A stretch of 64,000 nt of DNA from Azolla caroliniana. Taxonomy: Eukaryota; Plantae; Polypodiophyta. Positions 26,416 through 39,189 of the stretch are shown here, piece after piece. A program made the translations under genes and the position numbers. The DNA lies in the NCBI GenBank assembly GCA_043228905.1, contig JBHGNT010000014.1, positions 12,648,001 through 12,712,000 on the forward strand. Reading direction: 5' to 3'. Below the pieces are notes generated by a model. It saw only the letters and a program-made list of their open reading frames with translations, did no database searches and had not been told where the DNA came from. How positions within the stretch are numbered: position 1 is the stretch's first letter; the number at the start of each line of letters is the position of its first letter.

Positions 26416-26467
<52 letters not shown>
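26416..26467 (+). repeat. (TC)n microsatellite
   Basis: About 26 TC units between two LINE fragments. Confidence 0.95.
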
Positions 26468-26470
<3 letters not shown>

Positions 26471-26579
26471 AGGTACTAGATTTCAAAAGTAGATTTCTCA
26501 TAGAGTTTGGCCATGCAATGAAGGGGAGCACAAAGTCTAGGATTATGATCAAATTATAATGAGCTAAGATCACCAAAGA

Positions 26580-27070
26580 TTTTTTGCAACAAATTCATCG
26601 ACAATAGAGACAATGCCCACTCCCACCAACTCTATTTGGTCTATGCATTGATGATTTAGAATAAACGGCTGTCATGTTTGTAAAGGAAAAAGACGTTGAT
26701 GAAGTTGTTGTCGGGAATGTCGTCATCACGCTTTTATTGTATGCAGATGATGATGTAGCACTCTTTTGCAAATACTTTAGGAGATATGGAAAAGCTTATT
26801 GGAGCATTGGAAGATATTTGCATACATATTACGTGACAGCAACGCTAAAACAAAGATTATGCTTGTGAAGAGCCCAAAAAAAAAGGATAAGGATTTTCCA
26901 CGTATCTTCGACCAAACCGAGTCCTCGCATGAAGTTCTCTCGAGGCCAGGTGTTGACATGGACTACATGGAAAATGTTTATGTTTCTGGGTCTCCAAGGA
27001 CATATTTTGGGCTCCGAAGACGATAAATAAAATAAAATCTATGCCTATATCGATCGATCTATCTATCTTA
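26580..27070 (+). mobile_element. Degenerate, internally deleted LINE fragment (RT core joined to 3' end)
   Basis: PTLFGLCID and TLLLYADD match the long ORF2. It jumps at ~26891 to 3'-end sequence and ends ...GAAGACGATAAAT with ATCT repeats. Confidence 0.75.
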
Positions 27071-27253
27071 TCGATCTGTGTCTCTCTTTGAGTCCTATCT
27101 TTGGCCTCTTTCTATGATACATAGAGAGACAGATAGAGAGATATATATACATATATAAGAACAAAATGTGGGGGAGTTTTTTGAAGCTTTGCTCTGTTTC
27201 TCATTACCATATCAAGACCTTTCCCCTTCCGGCAAGGAAAGACACACTACACA

Positions 27254-27285
<32 letters not shown>

Positions 27286-27469
27286 GAGACACACAGAGAG
27301 ACACAGACAGAGAGAGCAGAGCATTCACGCACTCGCCCGCGCAGACACTCCCTCAGATTTCTTCAAAAAAAAGAAGACCCTTTTCTTCTGCGCAAGCCAA
27401 TCCCTTCGCCATTAACCACAGCTTCCATCTCCGATTACGTTTAAATCTGACGAAAACAGAAAGGGGTAT

Positions 27470-27516
<47 letters not shown>

Positions 27517-28173
27517 GAAATTTTCTTTTTGTGTGTACGTTTGTAAAAATTCTGTAGAAAACAATGTAGACATTTTAAATGTGCATTCTCTGATCCTTGT
27601 TACCTCCCCCCCACAAAGCTCATTTCCCTCCCGTCTGTTTCATTTTTAGGGTTTTCTCTCATTGTTTGGGGGTCTCCCTTGTTTTTTCTTTGTACAAAGT
27701 ACCGTGGTGGCTTTTCTGTTTATCTCTGTCAATTTCATTATTAGATTTTGTTTTCAAATTTTCTGTGTTAAAAACCGGTGCAGCTCCATTTTTTTTCTCT
27801 GTTTAATTCATTGTTTGTTTGTTTTTCTTTGTTGTGTCTTTTATCCATGGTTTTTTTGCTTGCTTTCGGTGTAGAAAACAGGCGTGTGTCATTTGTGGTA
27901 AAACCTGAGTGGTTATTATACAGGAAAGGATACGACTTGTCAATGCAACAATCAACATGCCATAAAACAGGTGGTTTCATCGATGAAAGGATGACCATAA
28001 TTTAAAACGGCTTTTTTTGCACTGTGCAAATCCAACTTATAGTAGCATCAATGCTCCTTTGTGCAATGCAGAAACCATTATGGAATAAAACCAGTGCTTT
28101 TTATAGTATCCTGGAGTAGTTTTATCCATAATGAGCGAATATAATACAATACATATGTGTATAGCCTAGCTAG

Positions 28174-28486
28174 ATGAAAGGGCGTTGGATTGCTGACTCG
28201 TGCAAGGGTAGCCAAGTACATGCTTTCTCACCATGTGAAAGATCACCACAATCATGGCTCCAAGTTGAGAGAGGAAAATGCAAGAAACAGTTTGAGAGTG
28301 CTTCGGAATGGCCACATAATTGCAGGTTAGCTAATTCGCATTGTTTTCACTTGCAGTGATCCAGTTGGTCAATGTATTAATTGCACAGGGTGTTTTTCAT
28401 GTTTTTTGATTGTGAGTCAGTTTAGGAAACCTCGAGTAAAAATGAAATTTCATATTCTGTGTGTCTCGGGCATTTCAGCATAAAGT

Positions 28487-28532
<46 letters not shown>

Positions 28533-31500
28533 CGTCCCTGTTTTGTAAGTGTGTTGAAGTGTATTTTGCAGTTCTTTTTGTTCGAAGCTTGCAGAGCCTC
28601 CCATAGAACCGTATTACAAGCCTCTAGACTATGTGGAGACACTGGCTGAATTGCATGAGGAACTCTCAAATGCGGAAGAAAAAGATAAAGCTACTCTATG
28701 CTTGTTGCAAGCATTTATTTTTAAAGGTCTTGCTGAAAACAAGCTTGTGCGCCGAAGTTTGGGAGCAGCAATGAATCTCGCAACTACCCCTCACGAGAAG
28801 CTGGTATACAAAGCATGGTTGCATCTAGAGAAGAAAGGGGAGGAAGTAGGAAACTTGATTACTTCATCAAATAAATATACAGGATTGGAGAACGATGATC
28901 GTATTGTTGCTCATGGCATTGAAAACTGCCAGGAGATCGATGAGTGCTTAAATTTTGGAAGCTTGGATGACATTATCACGTTCTCTATAGGAAGTGAAGA
29001 AGTCTTATGTGGTCGCCAAAGGATTGCTTCACTTTCAGTTCCATTTGATACCATGTTGAATGGATGTTTTATAGAGTCAAAAATGAAGCGCATTGATTTT
29101 TCAGAAAGTGGCATATCTGTGGAAGCCATGCGTGCTGTGAATGAGTTTAGTAAGACAGGTAGTTTGCCTAATATTGAGCCTGATCAAGTCTTAGAAGTGC
29201 TTGCATTTGCAAATAGGTTTTGTTGTGAGCATATAAAAAGAGCTTGTGATAGTAAGTTAGCAAGCTTTGTACACAACAAGCAAGATGCAATTATTCTAAT
29301 GGAGTATGGCCTTGATGGCAATGCGTCTCGTTTAGTTGCGTCTTGCTTAGATGTTCTTCTGCAAGGGCTTCCGGGAGTTATACTAAATCCTCAAATTGTA
29401 AGTTTGTTAAGCAAAGCTGAGACAAGATTATTCATGATGAAGAAACATGCGGCATTTGCTTTGTACAGTTTGTTGAGCCAAGTGGCAATAGAAACTGATG
29501 CAAGTTCTGAACTATGCTTGATATTTTTGGAATGCTTACGGCAATCTGCTCATCCTGGCAAGCAGCAAGCCTTGGCATTGCATCAGCTTGGGTGTGTAAT
29601 GCTGGAAAGAAAGCTCTTCATGGATGCTCACCAATTATTTGAAGCAGCTGCTGAAGAGGGTCATAAATATTCATTGGTTGGTCTAGCAAGAGCCAAGAAT
29701 GGGCTAGGCCACAGAAATGAGGCCTTCATCACATTAAGCTCAGAACTAGACAATCAAAACCTTAATGGGTGGTTACATGTTGAGAAGTCCCTCTATTGCA
29801 GTGAAGAACAAAAGTTAATTGAGCTAAACAAGGCAACACAACTTGACCCAACATTAACATATCCCTACAAGTACAGGGCAGCTAGGCTTCTGGATGCATC
29901 CAAGGTTGATGAAGCCATAGCTGAGATTAATCGAATACTTGGCTTTAAGGTCACCCCGGATTGTCTTGAACTTAGGGTTTATTTCTGCCTTGCTGCTCAG
30001 GACTATGCTGGTACTATTAGGGATGTTCGTGCATTACTCACACTCAATCCTCATTATAGACTATATTCAGGTCGGGTACGAGCTTCCAAGTTATTGGATT
30101 TATTGTCTCCACATGTTGAGCAATGGAATGTTGCTGACTGCTGGATGCAACTTTATGATCGCTGGTCTTCTGTTGATGACATCGGATCTCTTGCCATTGT
30201 CCATCAAATGCTTGAATCGGACCCTTTGAAAGCTCTTCTTTTCTTCAGACAATCTTTGCTACTCTTGCGGTAAGACTGACTGGCATTCTAGATCATAGTG
30301 AGAATTAATACAGGACAATTAATTGTTTAAACTAGATTAAGTAGATAATCGTTGAATGTTTTTCTAAATGTATTTTGCTGTATTCATATCCTCAGGCATA
30401 TCATATGTATATTTGAGGCCTTTCTCTTACTTAATAGTAATAGAGTTCTAATGTATGTGTTTTCCCATTACTCTCTGAATAAATTCAGTATTACTTTATA
30501 TGAACGTTCATACATGAACTTTCCGTCCCACACTGATGGACGCCATGTCACTGATGATGTGAGTAGGGATGCCATAGGATCTAGTCCGTGCTATGCATGT
30601 AATGGCTGACATAATCTGTACTAATTCAGATGTAGCTCTCTGTCCACATGATTCATATTCATACCTGTATAGCTATAAAATTTGATGTCTCACTTATGTG
30701 CTTGTATTTAAAATCCAGATTACTTTGTTCTTATATATGGAAAGATAAATAGTTTTCATTTTAACTAACTTAATTTTCAATATTTCAGATTGAATTGTCC
30801 CAAATCAGCAATGCAAAGCCTTCAGCTGGCGAGAGAGCATGCCCCAACAAAGCAAGAGCGATTACTTTATGAGGGATGGATTCTTTATGATACTGGACAC
30901 CGTAAAGAGGCAATTCTAAAAGCTCAAGAATCAATCAACCTCCAACGATCATTTGAGGCCTTCTTCTTGAAGGCTTATGCATTGGCTGATACAAGTAGGG
31001 ACATTGAATCCTCAATGGAAGTAGTGGAACTTCTGAAAGAAGCATTAAAATGTCCATCGGATGGGCTTCGTAAAGGACAGGTATATTTCTCAGAATAACA
31101 CCAAAAACAGTCCTAAAATTATGGACATTTATTTACCAGAATACCATTTGGTACCACTAGCTTTCGTACTACAGCTGGGTATTCTGGTAATTATTGAAGA
31201 AAACGCACAGATATTCTTGTAATTTAAGTTTTTTTTTGTAGATATAGAAAATGGTAGAGATATTTTGCATGTTTTGACAATCTTTTTGTCTCAACTCATT
31301 ATCAAATGATAGTTTTTCTCGCAATGCATTAATATTTGACCCGATGTGGTATTGCTGTTATTTACAGGCATTGAATAATTTAGGTAGTGTTTATGTGGAT
31401 TGTGATAACCTGGATCTGGCAGCTGATTGTTACCGTAGCGCTTTGGAAATTCGTCACACAAGAGCACACCAAGGTCTAGCTAGGGTCTATTATCTGAAGA

Positions 31501-32577
31501 ACGAGAGGTCTTCTGCATATGAAGAGATGACAAAATTGATTGAGAAGGCTCAAAGCAATGCATCTGCATATGAAAAGCGATCGGAGTATTGTGAACGTAC
31601 TAAATCAATGGCTGATTTAAGCATAGTCACGCAGTTGGATCCAGTACGAACTTATCCTTATAGATACCGAGCTGCAGGCAAGTTCAATATGTATATCCTA
31701 TCCTTTAAAATTTTCGCTCTTTGTGATTTCTCTCATGCTTCTTTTAGAGGATATTATTTGAAATTGAATGGTGAAACTGAAATCTGACTATGGAGACGTA
31801 AGGCATTTGATTTTTGCTTCTATCATAACCTTACTCAATTGGGATGTAAATAATTCACAAAATGCATTGGCATAATAAATTTAGAAAAAACCCTTGGGAA
31901 GTGTTAAAACTGACAATTCATGAGGAATTATAAAGCAAAAAGTCCAATGGTAAATAAAGATTTTGGGTAGTAGTCACAATCTGTAGCCATTCTGTAGAGA
32001 ACATTTTCAGAATGCAAAATGTGTCAGTATTGGTGCATCTTCATAGGGTAGGTATATACATGATCAATTCTAGGAAAAAATGAGTCCTCACCTACTTTAT
32101 AGAGAGGATAACTATATGATCAAGTTGTGTATTGGGATTTTTCTTTACCATTCATTGTTCTTTTGGCTTTCTTATTCATATCATTTTGGGTTGGTTATTG
32201 TAATTGGGAAACTACCTCAGGGAAAATCAGTTATTTTGGAGAGTACCGAACTGTTCTGGTTTGTTTTTATATCAAAGAACAAAATATTATTGGCTAACAA
32301 CTTTCCTTTTCTTCCTATAAATGCAGTTCTGATGGATAGCCATAGAGAACAAGAAGCCATTGATGAACTTTCTAAAGCTATAGCATTCAAATCCGATTTA
32401 CACCTACTTCATTTACGAGCAGCATTTCATGAGTGTATCGGAGACTTAAAAAGTGCTTTGCGTGATTGTCGAGCAGCTCTCTCCATTGATCCAAACCATG
32501 TAGAAACTAAAGACCTCTATGATCGTGTTTATGGTAGAGCAGCAATCAAAGTTCTGCCTTTCTTAGGTCATACTTGA
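28174..32577 (+). CDS. EOL1: ETO1/EOL1-like BTB-TPR adaptor of CUL3 E3 ligase, ~900 aa; exons 28174-28325, 28572-30269, 30789-31080, 31368-31677, 32327-32577
   Basis: N-terminal DSCKGSQ...PQSWLQVERGK and YKPLDYVE; BTB region (IASLSVPFDTMLNGCFIES); ADCWMQLYDRWSSVDDIGSLA; TPRs; CPSDGLRKGQALNNLG. All four intron phases are compatible and the total is 2703 nt. Confidence 0.95.
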
Positions 32578-34101
32578 TTCATTTTTGGAATATATATTAT
32601 TGGGTGTAACATCCTTTTGTAATGCTAGTTTTAGATCAATGGGAATGCTGTTGTAAATTTAGCGGCACTTGTTATTCCCCCGTCCCTCCCCCAAAGAAAG
32701 AAAACCCCAAGAGGACAAAACTCTTCAGTTGTAATTTCTATTGGGTTCAGGAAATCCATAGTTCTAAAGTTGGACGGTGGTTTGGATTAAGAAAAGTTAT
32801 AAATGCTAATTTCACACGTTTTATTTTTCAATACATGTTTGAATGTAGTACCAGTGTATTGAATTGATATTATTGCAGCACTGATGTATCAAATTCAGAA
32901 TGTGTTCCCAAGTGAAAAATCCATGGCTCTAAAGTTAGACGATGGTTTGACGTTAAGAGAAGGTAGTTACCAATGCTAATATCACATGTTCTGTTCTTAA
33001 AATACATGTTTGATAATGGTGTATCAAATTGATAATATTGCAGCGCTGAAGTATCAAGTTCTGAATATGCATGTCCAAATTAGAGTGGTGTATTGTAAGA
33101 GTGGTCTGTTTCTTTCTTACAAATTGCACGAAGGGTGATTACATATGATGGAATACAACACAATGAAATGACAGAATGAATTGTATAGATTGACATGGAA
33201 TGAATAACATCCATAGAAAATGTTATCAAAATTTGTATGTATTGACATGATGAAATGACCAAGTAAAGAACATCCAAAAGAGGGTTACCCAAAACATATG
33301 TATTCAGTTACCAGTAGTCAGTATCTGGATACAAGTTTGAGTAGTATTGACTGATTTTGATTGACACACTATTCAGATGTCAAGTATGGAAATAAGCACT
33401 TGAGTAATTTACTTTTGTTAGGCATTGGTGTTAATAACAAGCAAAACTATGGTTTAGTTCATATAACAACCTACCACAACTATGTGAAATGTACAAACTA
33501 CTCACTTAGACAATTTGAACTGGAGAAAAACCCATGAGATTATGTGGCACAATACCAACAAAGAAGCTAGCCTTGATGATTATGCTTAAGTATGGTACGG
33601 TGGAAATACTTCAAACTTTAGTCTTTGAGATGGAGAGGTGTATTTGAGATGAAGAAAAGAAAACATTTGTCATAGAGCATACAAGATGGAGTGTAATAAG
33701 AAAAACGAATATACCAACATTAAAAGAATAGATGGGCTCTGATGTTCAAAATAATAGAAAGAAATGCGTCATTGCATTCAATATGTAATTCTTCTTCATT
33801 TATAGGTCAATCGCAACAAATTCAGAAGTTAAAATCATCAATACGACATTAAAGTAATCAAATAACAAAAGACCAATCTAATGCATCAAGATGATTTACT
33901 TCATATTCAAACCACACCACACATAAACCAAACATTTATTGCAAACATGAGAATATAATTCCCCATCTTGCGTCAAGACCATGATTGTCTCCACAATTTA
34001 TGCACACCGAGAATGCTCCCTTCCCACTGCTAAAGAGCAGCAGCGTATAAAGATAAAAGTACTCCAGAGAAAGATTGTCGATGATTTTCTTCATACGTAC
34101 A

Positions 34102-34135
<34 letters not shown>

Positions 34136-34183
34136 ACAGAATCAACATGATAGGAAAACAAAGTTCTAGGCCAAAAAAACCCT

Positions 34184-36184
34184 CTATCTCGCCTCCAGAT
34201 GATCGGCTCGATAGTTACTGACAGTCGATGGCTCCCATTCAATAGACAAAGCTAGCAACTTGCCCAAAGTGTAGCCCACTTCTCTGGCATTCGGCCTCTC
34301 AGAGGGTTTCTCTGCAACACAACGTTTTGCAAGGCATGCCACACTATATGCACAATCCAATGGATACGCATTCTGCAATCTAGGATCCATCCATTTCTTC
34401 AATCGCTCTTTCGAATTCAAACCCTCATTATCATCATCATCAAGCCAAGGCCCTATTACTTGATATAAAAACCTCTCATTACTGACTCCATCTCTTAGAA
34501 CAGCTTGTTCTCCTGACAGTATCTCGAGCAAAATGACACCTAACGCAAAAACATCAGTCTTTGGTGAGACAACACCCAAAGAAACATATTCAGGTGCCAT
34601 ATATCCTTGAGTGCCCATAATGTGTATTGTAACTTGATCTCCCGAATCTAAGGTTGATTTTGCCAATCCAAAATTTGCAACTTTGCCTCGAAACTTTGCA
34701 TCTAACAAAATATTGCTGCTCTTAATATCCTTATGCACATAGCTTGGATTTGTATGGTCGTGTATGTATTCTAGTGCAGTGGCCACATCCAAAGCAACTT
34801 GGAGCCGTGTAGTCCATAGCAAAGTGGAAGAGCTTTGAGAATTAGAGCCTATACTAAAATCAATGCTTTGACCATGGAGACAATCACTCAAAGACCCATT
34901 TTCGGCATATTCATAGATTAAATATGATTGTTCGGGGGAGGCGATACAACTACCCAAGAGCGTGACCAAATTCACATGATGAACTTTGCAAAGGATCTCA
35001 AGCTCTTTCGAGATATTTCTAGTAACTCTTTTAATGGCCACTGAGTTTCCTTTGATGTCACCACGGTATACCGTTGTACCTTCTATCAAGGTAGAGAAGT
35101 CTTCTGTCGCTCGTTTTATATCATCTAGCGTGTATGTGATGATCTTGTGACCAGAGTTCATAAGGTCACCCATACCCGAGTAAAGATCGTCAGGTTTGCT
35201 TTTCATCACTTGAGGCTTCAGCAAAGGTGGAGATGGTGAGGGCATAGATGTTGCTATAGGCATGAAAGGCTGGCCCTTTCTCTTCTTTGTGTTTTGATAC
35301 CGTCTCCAGACCAATAACGCGGCCAAAAGTGCAACGAGTACGATCACAATGACGATGGCGATTATGATGGCAATATAAATACCTCTTTTCGATCCCGGAG
35401 ATGGTGATGGTGTGGTACCCAGCAACGATGAGGTGGCGTTGGGCGGGACTGTCGGCTTCTCACGAAACGGCAAGAGAACCGTGGTGGCGGGAAAGAGAGG
35501 GGCGGATGCGTTCAAGAGGTTATTGACCGCAATGAATGCATCCAATTGGATCCTGAATCGAGCCACGACACTATTCACATCATCCCCATCGGCAACCGGG
35601 TATGTCACAAGTGTTGTAAAACCCTGTGAGGCCTCACTAGAAGATGGGCAAGCACACCTGATAGGGAACACAACTCTCTGACTTATTTGCAAATCTGTCA
35701 CTACGGCAGTAGGGTTAGCATCTTGTATTGCTTGGCATGTAGTTAGACCTTCATAGGTTGCATTAGCAAGCTTCCAGAACGTGTCACCAGGCCTAATGAT
35801 ATATGTAACGTTGTATGATGAATGTGTTCCATAGCAACTACATGAAATCGGTATGTATAAACCTTGCTGTGCATAGATCTGTGAAGAAGAAAGTGAACTC
35901 GCTTGCTTTATGTCTGATTCTGTGGTGCCGAACAGGTCTACAGCTATACTGGAGAGGGTTGTGAAAGACCCAGTTGCTAGAATTCTGTAATAGGCCAGGG
36001 TGTCACATGTGGCTTGCTGTGAAGATGTGCAGAGATATCCAGCATTCTCCGGATGTCTGTTTTTGCAATCCTCTGTCGTGCTTGTGGTGTAGTAGAATTG
36101 CTGAGCAAGAACAAGACCGGGAGAGAAGAAGAAGAAGAGAAAGAAAAAGAAGCAGCAGCAGGAGGAGGAGGAGGAGGAGGGCAT
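34184..36184 (-). CDS. LysM receptor-like kinase, LYR type (LYK4/LYK5-like), intronless, 666 aa
   Basis: Signal peptide, three LysM-like repeats separated by CSC and CAC motifs, TM helix, kinase domain with VAIK, HKDIKSSN, ANFG and GTQGYMAPEY. Confidence 0.93.
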   Translation of the reverse strand: MPSSSSSSCCCFFFFLFFFFSPGLVLAQQFYYTTSTTEDCKNRHPENAGYLCTSSQQATCDTLAYYRILATGSFTTLSSIAVDLFGTTESDIKQASSLSSSQIYAQQGLYIPISCSCYGTHSSYNVTYIIRPGDTFWKLANATYEGLTTCQAIQDANPTAVVTDLQISQRVVFPIRCACPSSSEASQGFTTLVTYPVADGDDVNSVVARFRIQLDAFIAVNNLLNASAPLFPATTVLLPFREKPTVPPNATSSLLGTTPSPSPGSKRGIYIAIIIAIVIVIVLVALLAALLVWRRYQNTKKRKGQPFMPIATSMPSPSPPLLKPQVMKSKPDDLYSGMGDLMNSGHKIITYTLDDIKRATEDFSTLIEGTTVYRGDIKGNSVAIKRVTRNISKELEILCKVHHVNLVTLLGSCIASPEQSYLIYEYAENGSLSDCLHGQSIDFSIGSNSQSSSTLLWTTRLQVALDVATALEYIHDHTNPSYVHKDIKSSNILLDAKFRGKVANFGLAKSTLDSGDQVTIHIMGTQGYMAPEYVSLGVVSPKTDVFALGVILLEILSGEQAVLRDGVSNERFLYQVIGPWLDDDDNEGLNSKERLKKWMDPRLQNAYPLDCAYSVACLAKRCVAEKPSERPNAREVGYTLGKLLALSIEWEPSTVSNYRADHLEAR

Positions 36185-36486
36185 ATTTTTGAGACTCTGT
36201 TATTCGCAGGATTGGGGCTATGGTGATTTGAGCTTTCTGATCGATTGAAGCCGATCTTTGTTTTGCTTTCCTCCTCCCCCTTTGACCAGACCTGCAACAG
36301 GCGTGGGTCTTCATTCTCATCAAGACTTGACCAAAGACCAAAGACCAAAGACCAAAGAAAGAGGAGGATTTGCTTGGTGACACATTTTTGTTTGTGGGTC
36401 TGGTCTGTGTAACTTCTAAGTGAGGTGAGCTCCTTGGCTTCCTTTAAGGAAACAAATTCTTTCTTTGGGTTCTCCAAACTCTAAGA

Positions 36487-36650
36487 GATAGATAGATAGA
36501 TAGATAGATAGATTATATTATCGTCTTTGGAGGTCAAATATGACCTATGAGACCAAAAATATTACATTTCACGTGATACGTGTGAAAGTGAGTAGTGACT
36601 CTCGATGTTCAAGAACTTTACCAATGAATGTTGCAATCGAGAGTGCACAT
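36487..36650 (-). mobile_element. Short 5'-truncated LINE copy with (ATCT)n tail
   Basis: Near-identical to 52469-52630. Flanked on its 5' side by (GA)n then (CA)n on the plus strand. Confidence 0.93.
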
Positions 36651-36699
36651 CGAGAGAGAGAGAGAGAGACACACACACACACACACACACACAGAAGTA

Positions 36700-36881
36700 G
36701 TAGCCTGACCTGTGACCCATCGACTGCTAGATGGACAGCCAAACATTAGGAACCTGTGCGGAAATGTCCGACTATGTCAAGCTAGTTCTTACATAACATA
36801 AGATCCACACCTATAGTACGCAACAGCAAATAGATTTGATTTGGTAGCACACCATAAGAGGGGCCTCCCTTGACCTAGGAG

Positions 36882-36914
<33 letters not shown>

Positions 36915-37172
36915 GACCTCACCTCAAGACATAGGGAGAACATTTCGTGGTAGAGATCGCCATGTATGTGGTTGGTTTTGAGTCAGGTAGATCTGCTATT
37001 CATGGCCTAACCTGTGATCGTCCAACTACCATATGGATAGACAGACATTACAGAAAAATGCGGAGATGTTTGAATATGTCAAGCTAGTCCTTACATAACA
37101 TAGGATCCACACCTACAGTACACAACAACGACATAATTGATACACCATAAGAGGGGTTTTCCTTGACGTAGG

Positions 37173-37206
<34 letters not shown>

Positions 37207-37285
37207 ACCTCACCCTCAAAACATAGGGAGATATATTTCGAGGTAGAGATTGCCATGTATGTGGTTGGTTTTGAGTCGGCTAGAT
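36700..37285. repeat. Diverged tandem duplication, ~300 bp period, each unit with a (GT)n tract
   Basis: CCTGTGA...ATGTCAAGCTAGT...ACACCATAAGAGGGG...(GT)n GGACCTCAC...GTGGTTGGTTTTGAGTC occurs twice. Confidence 0.85.
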
Positions 37286-39189
37286 CAACAATCTACAATC
37301 TAGCCTTCCCTAATATCATCCAAATTATAAACTGAACCAAGCGCTTATTATTTGCCCAATTTTGATTCTTATGTTTTTGTCAATGCAATTTTAGCAACGT
37401 GCGATCATGGGATAGTAGTTGATCATGCATTGAATGCTACTATCAACTACCAAGCTAATAGCATAGTTTATTGGCATAATCCAAACATACAAACGCTTGT
37501 GCTAATACCCATATACTAATGCTCACAATGACAAAATTTGTATTTACGATGTAAGATTAGCATCACACCAAAAGTTTCTTAGATGTGATAATATATGCCT
37601 CTCCACAATCAAATCATAATAGCTGATCACCCACTTAATAAAGCTTGTTATATCAAGACGTACTACACAAGCTAATATTCATTCTTGGCCGTTTATGTCT
37701 ATAACATGTCCTAATATGATACCAGTGACCACTATAAGGGAATTACATTATGTCCCCAATCCATGAACCCTTTCTTTAAAAAAACTTTAGTTCAAAACTT
37801 TTTAACTAGGAAGGCATTGATGTGAACATGTTTGACATCTTTTGAGCTATTGATATAAGTCCACAACTTTTCATCCAATAAAGGACTGATGTGAACATGC
37901 TTGAAAAAATTGAGGAATGCAAGACTTTCTTGACAAAAAATACAAAAAGATAAACAATAATGCGCATCCACATGACATCAAGAATTTTTCCTGCCCTTAT
38001 AGATGAAATCCTATGATCAGACGTCATAACCGAGGAAAAAAAAGGTAATACAATTCTTAGCACAAATATGGTCACATCATGTATATAAATACGCATGAAG
38101 AACATTCTAAAGGTTGATCAAGGGCATACGATTGAGCAATGTATGAGAATATGAACTAGTGCTCCTCAAAATTTTCAACACAATTAACTCTTTAAATAAT
38201 TTAAAATGTAACAATGTCACGATCTCCATGACAAGTAATTGATAGAATTCAAAACAACTTTGAAAACATGGAGAGAAGTTAGAACAGTAGAACAATAGTT
38301 CCCTAGCCAAATTTGCTTCTGCATTTCTTCCCATGCAACCTTGAAGCTTTTTAGGAGCTAAACCTTATCGATGCGTGTCCTTCAAGGGATTAATTGCTAT
38401 CGAGTTCAACAAAAGTGAATTCTTGCATTCCTACCATGATCATGTGTGAACCCATTTTTACACTCTCAATCGAAATCATGGACTCAAGTCCACGACAAAA
38501 TTGCATTCTCATGAAAATAATTCAAAATAAAACATCTGCATTCTGTAGTTTTATGGAGTTTGGATATAAGAACATGAAATTCAGATGTTTCTAGGAAACG
38601 ACAATAATAAGAATGCAGGATTTCAAAATTTTCAATAGAGGTTTAAATAGAACAAAAAGCAAAATTATTTAAAAAACTCCATGAATTAACTGTTACGATT
38701 CCATTTTTCTTTCTCCATGTGTTCAATTTTCACACCATTTTAACATATTTACCATTGTTCTCACATTCCCCTCAAATTATTTCATAGCAACAAGACAGGG
38801 TTATAGACAAACAAATAGAATTCAGGGAAAACTTGCAGATGTAGAAACCACCACTCCGCAAGGGTTGTTCTGAATACGAATACATAGTAAGGGCATATAT
38901 ATCTACTTACATTTAAAAACCCACCTAAACAGTTGAAAACAAAATTCATTCCATAATGACACAAAGACATTTCTGCAAGGAATGTTGCTTTTGCTTTTTT
39001 TTTAATAAAAAAAACTCTTTTGAGAACAAGACAAACGAAAACATCATATATTGGTGTTGATTGATCGATCAATCCCTCTCATTTTGTTTTTGACTCGAGA
39101 GTGTGTGCAAAAAAAAACAGCTAAAACAGAAATTCCAATAACGGGAAGTAAAAAGAGAGGGAAAAAAAACGTATTAACCATATACTAAC

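Noticed and set aside
37300-38780. Possible decayed DNA-transposon sequence between genes
   Set aside because: No recognisable transposase motif or termini by eye.
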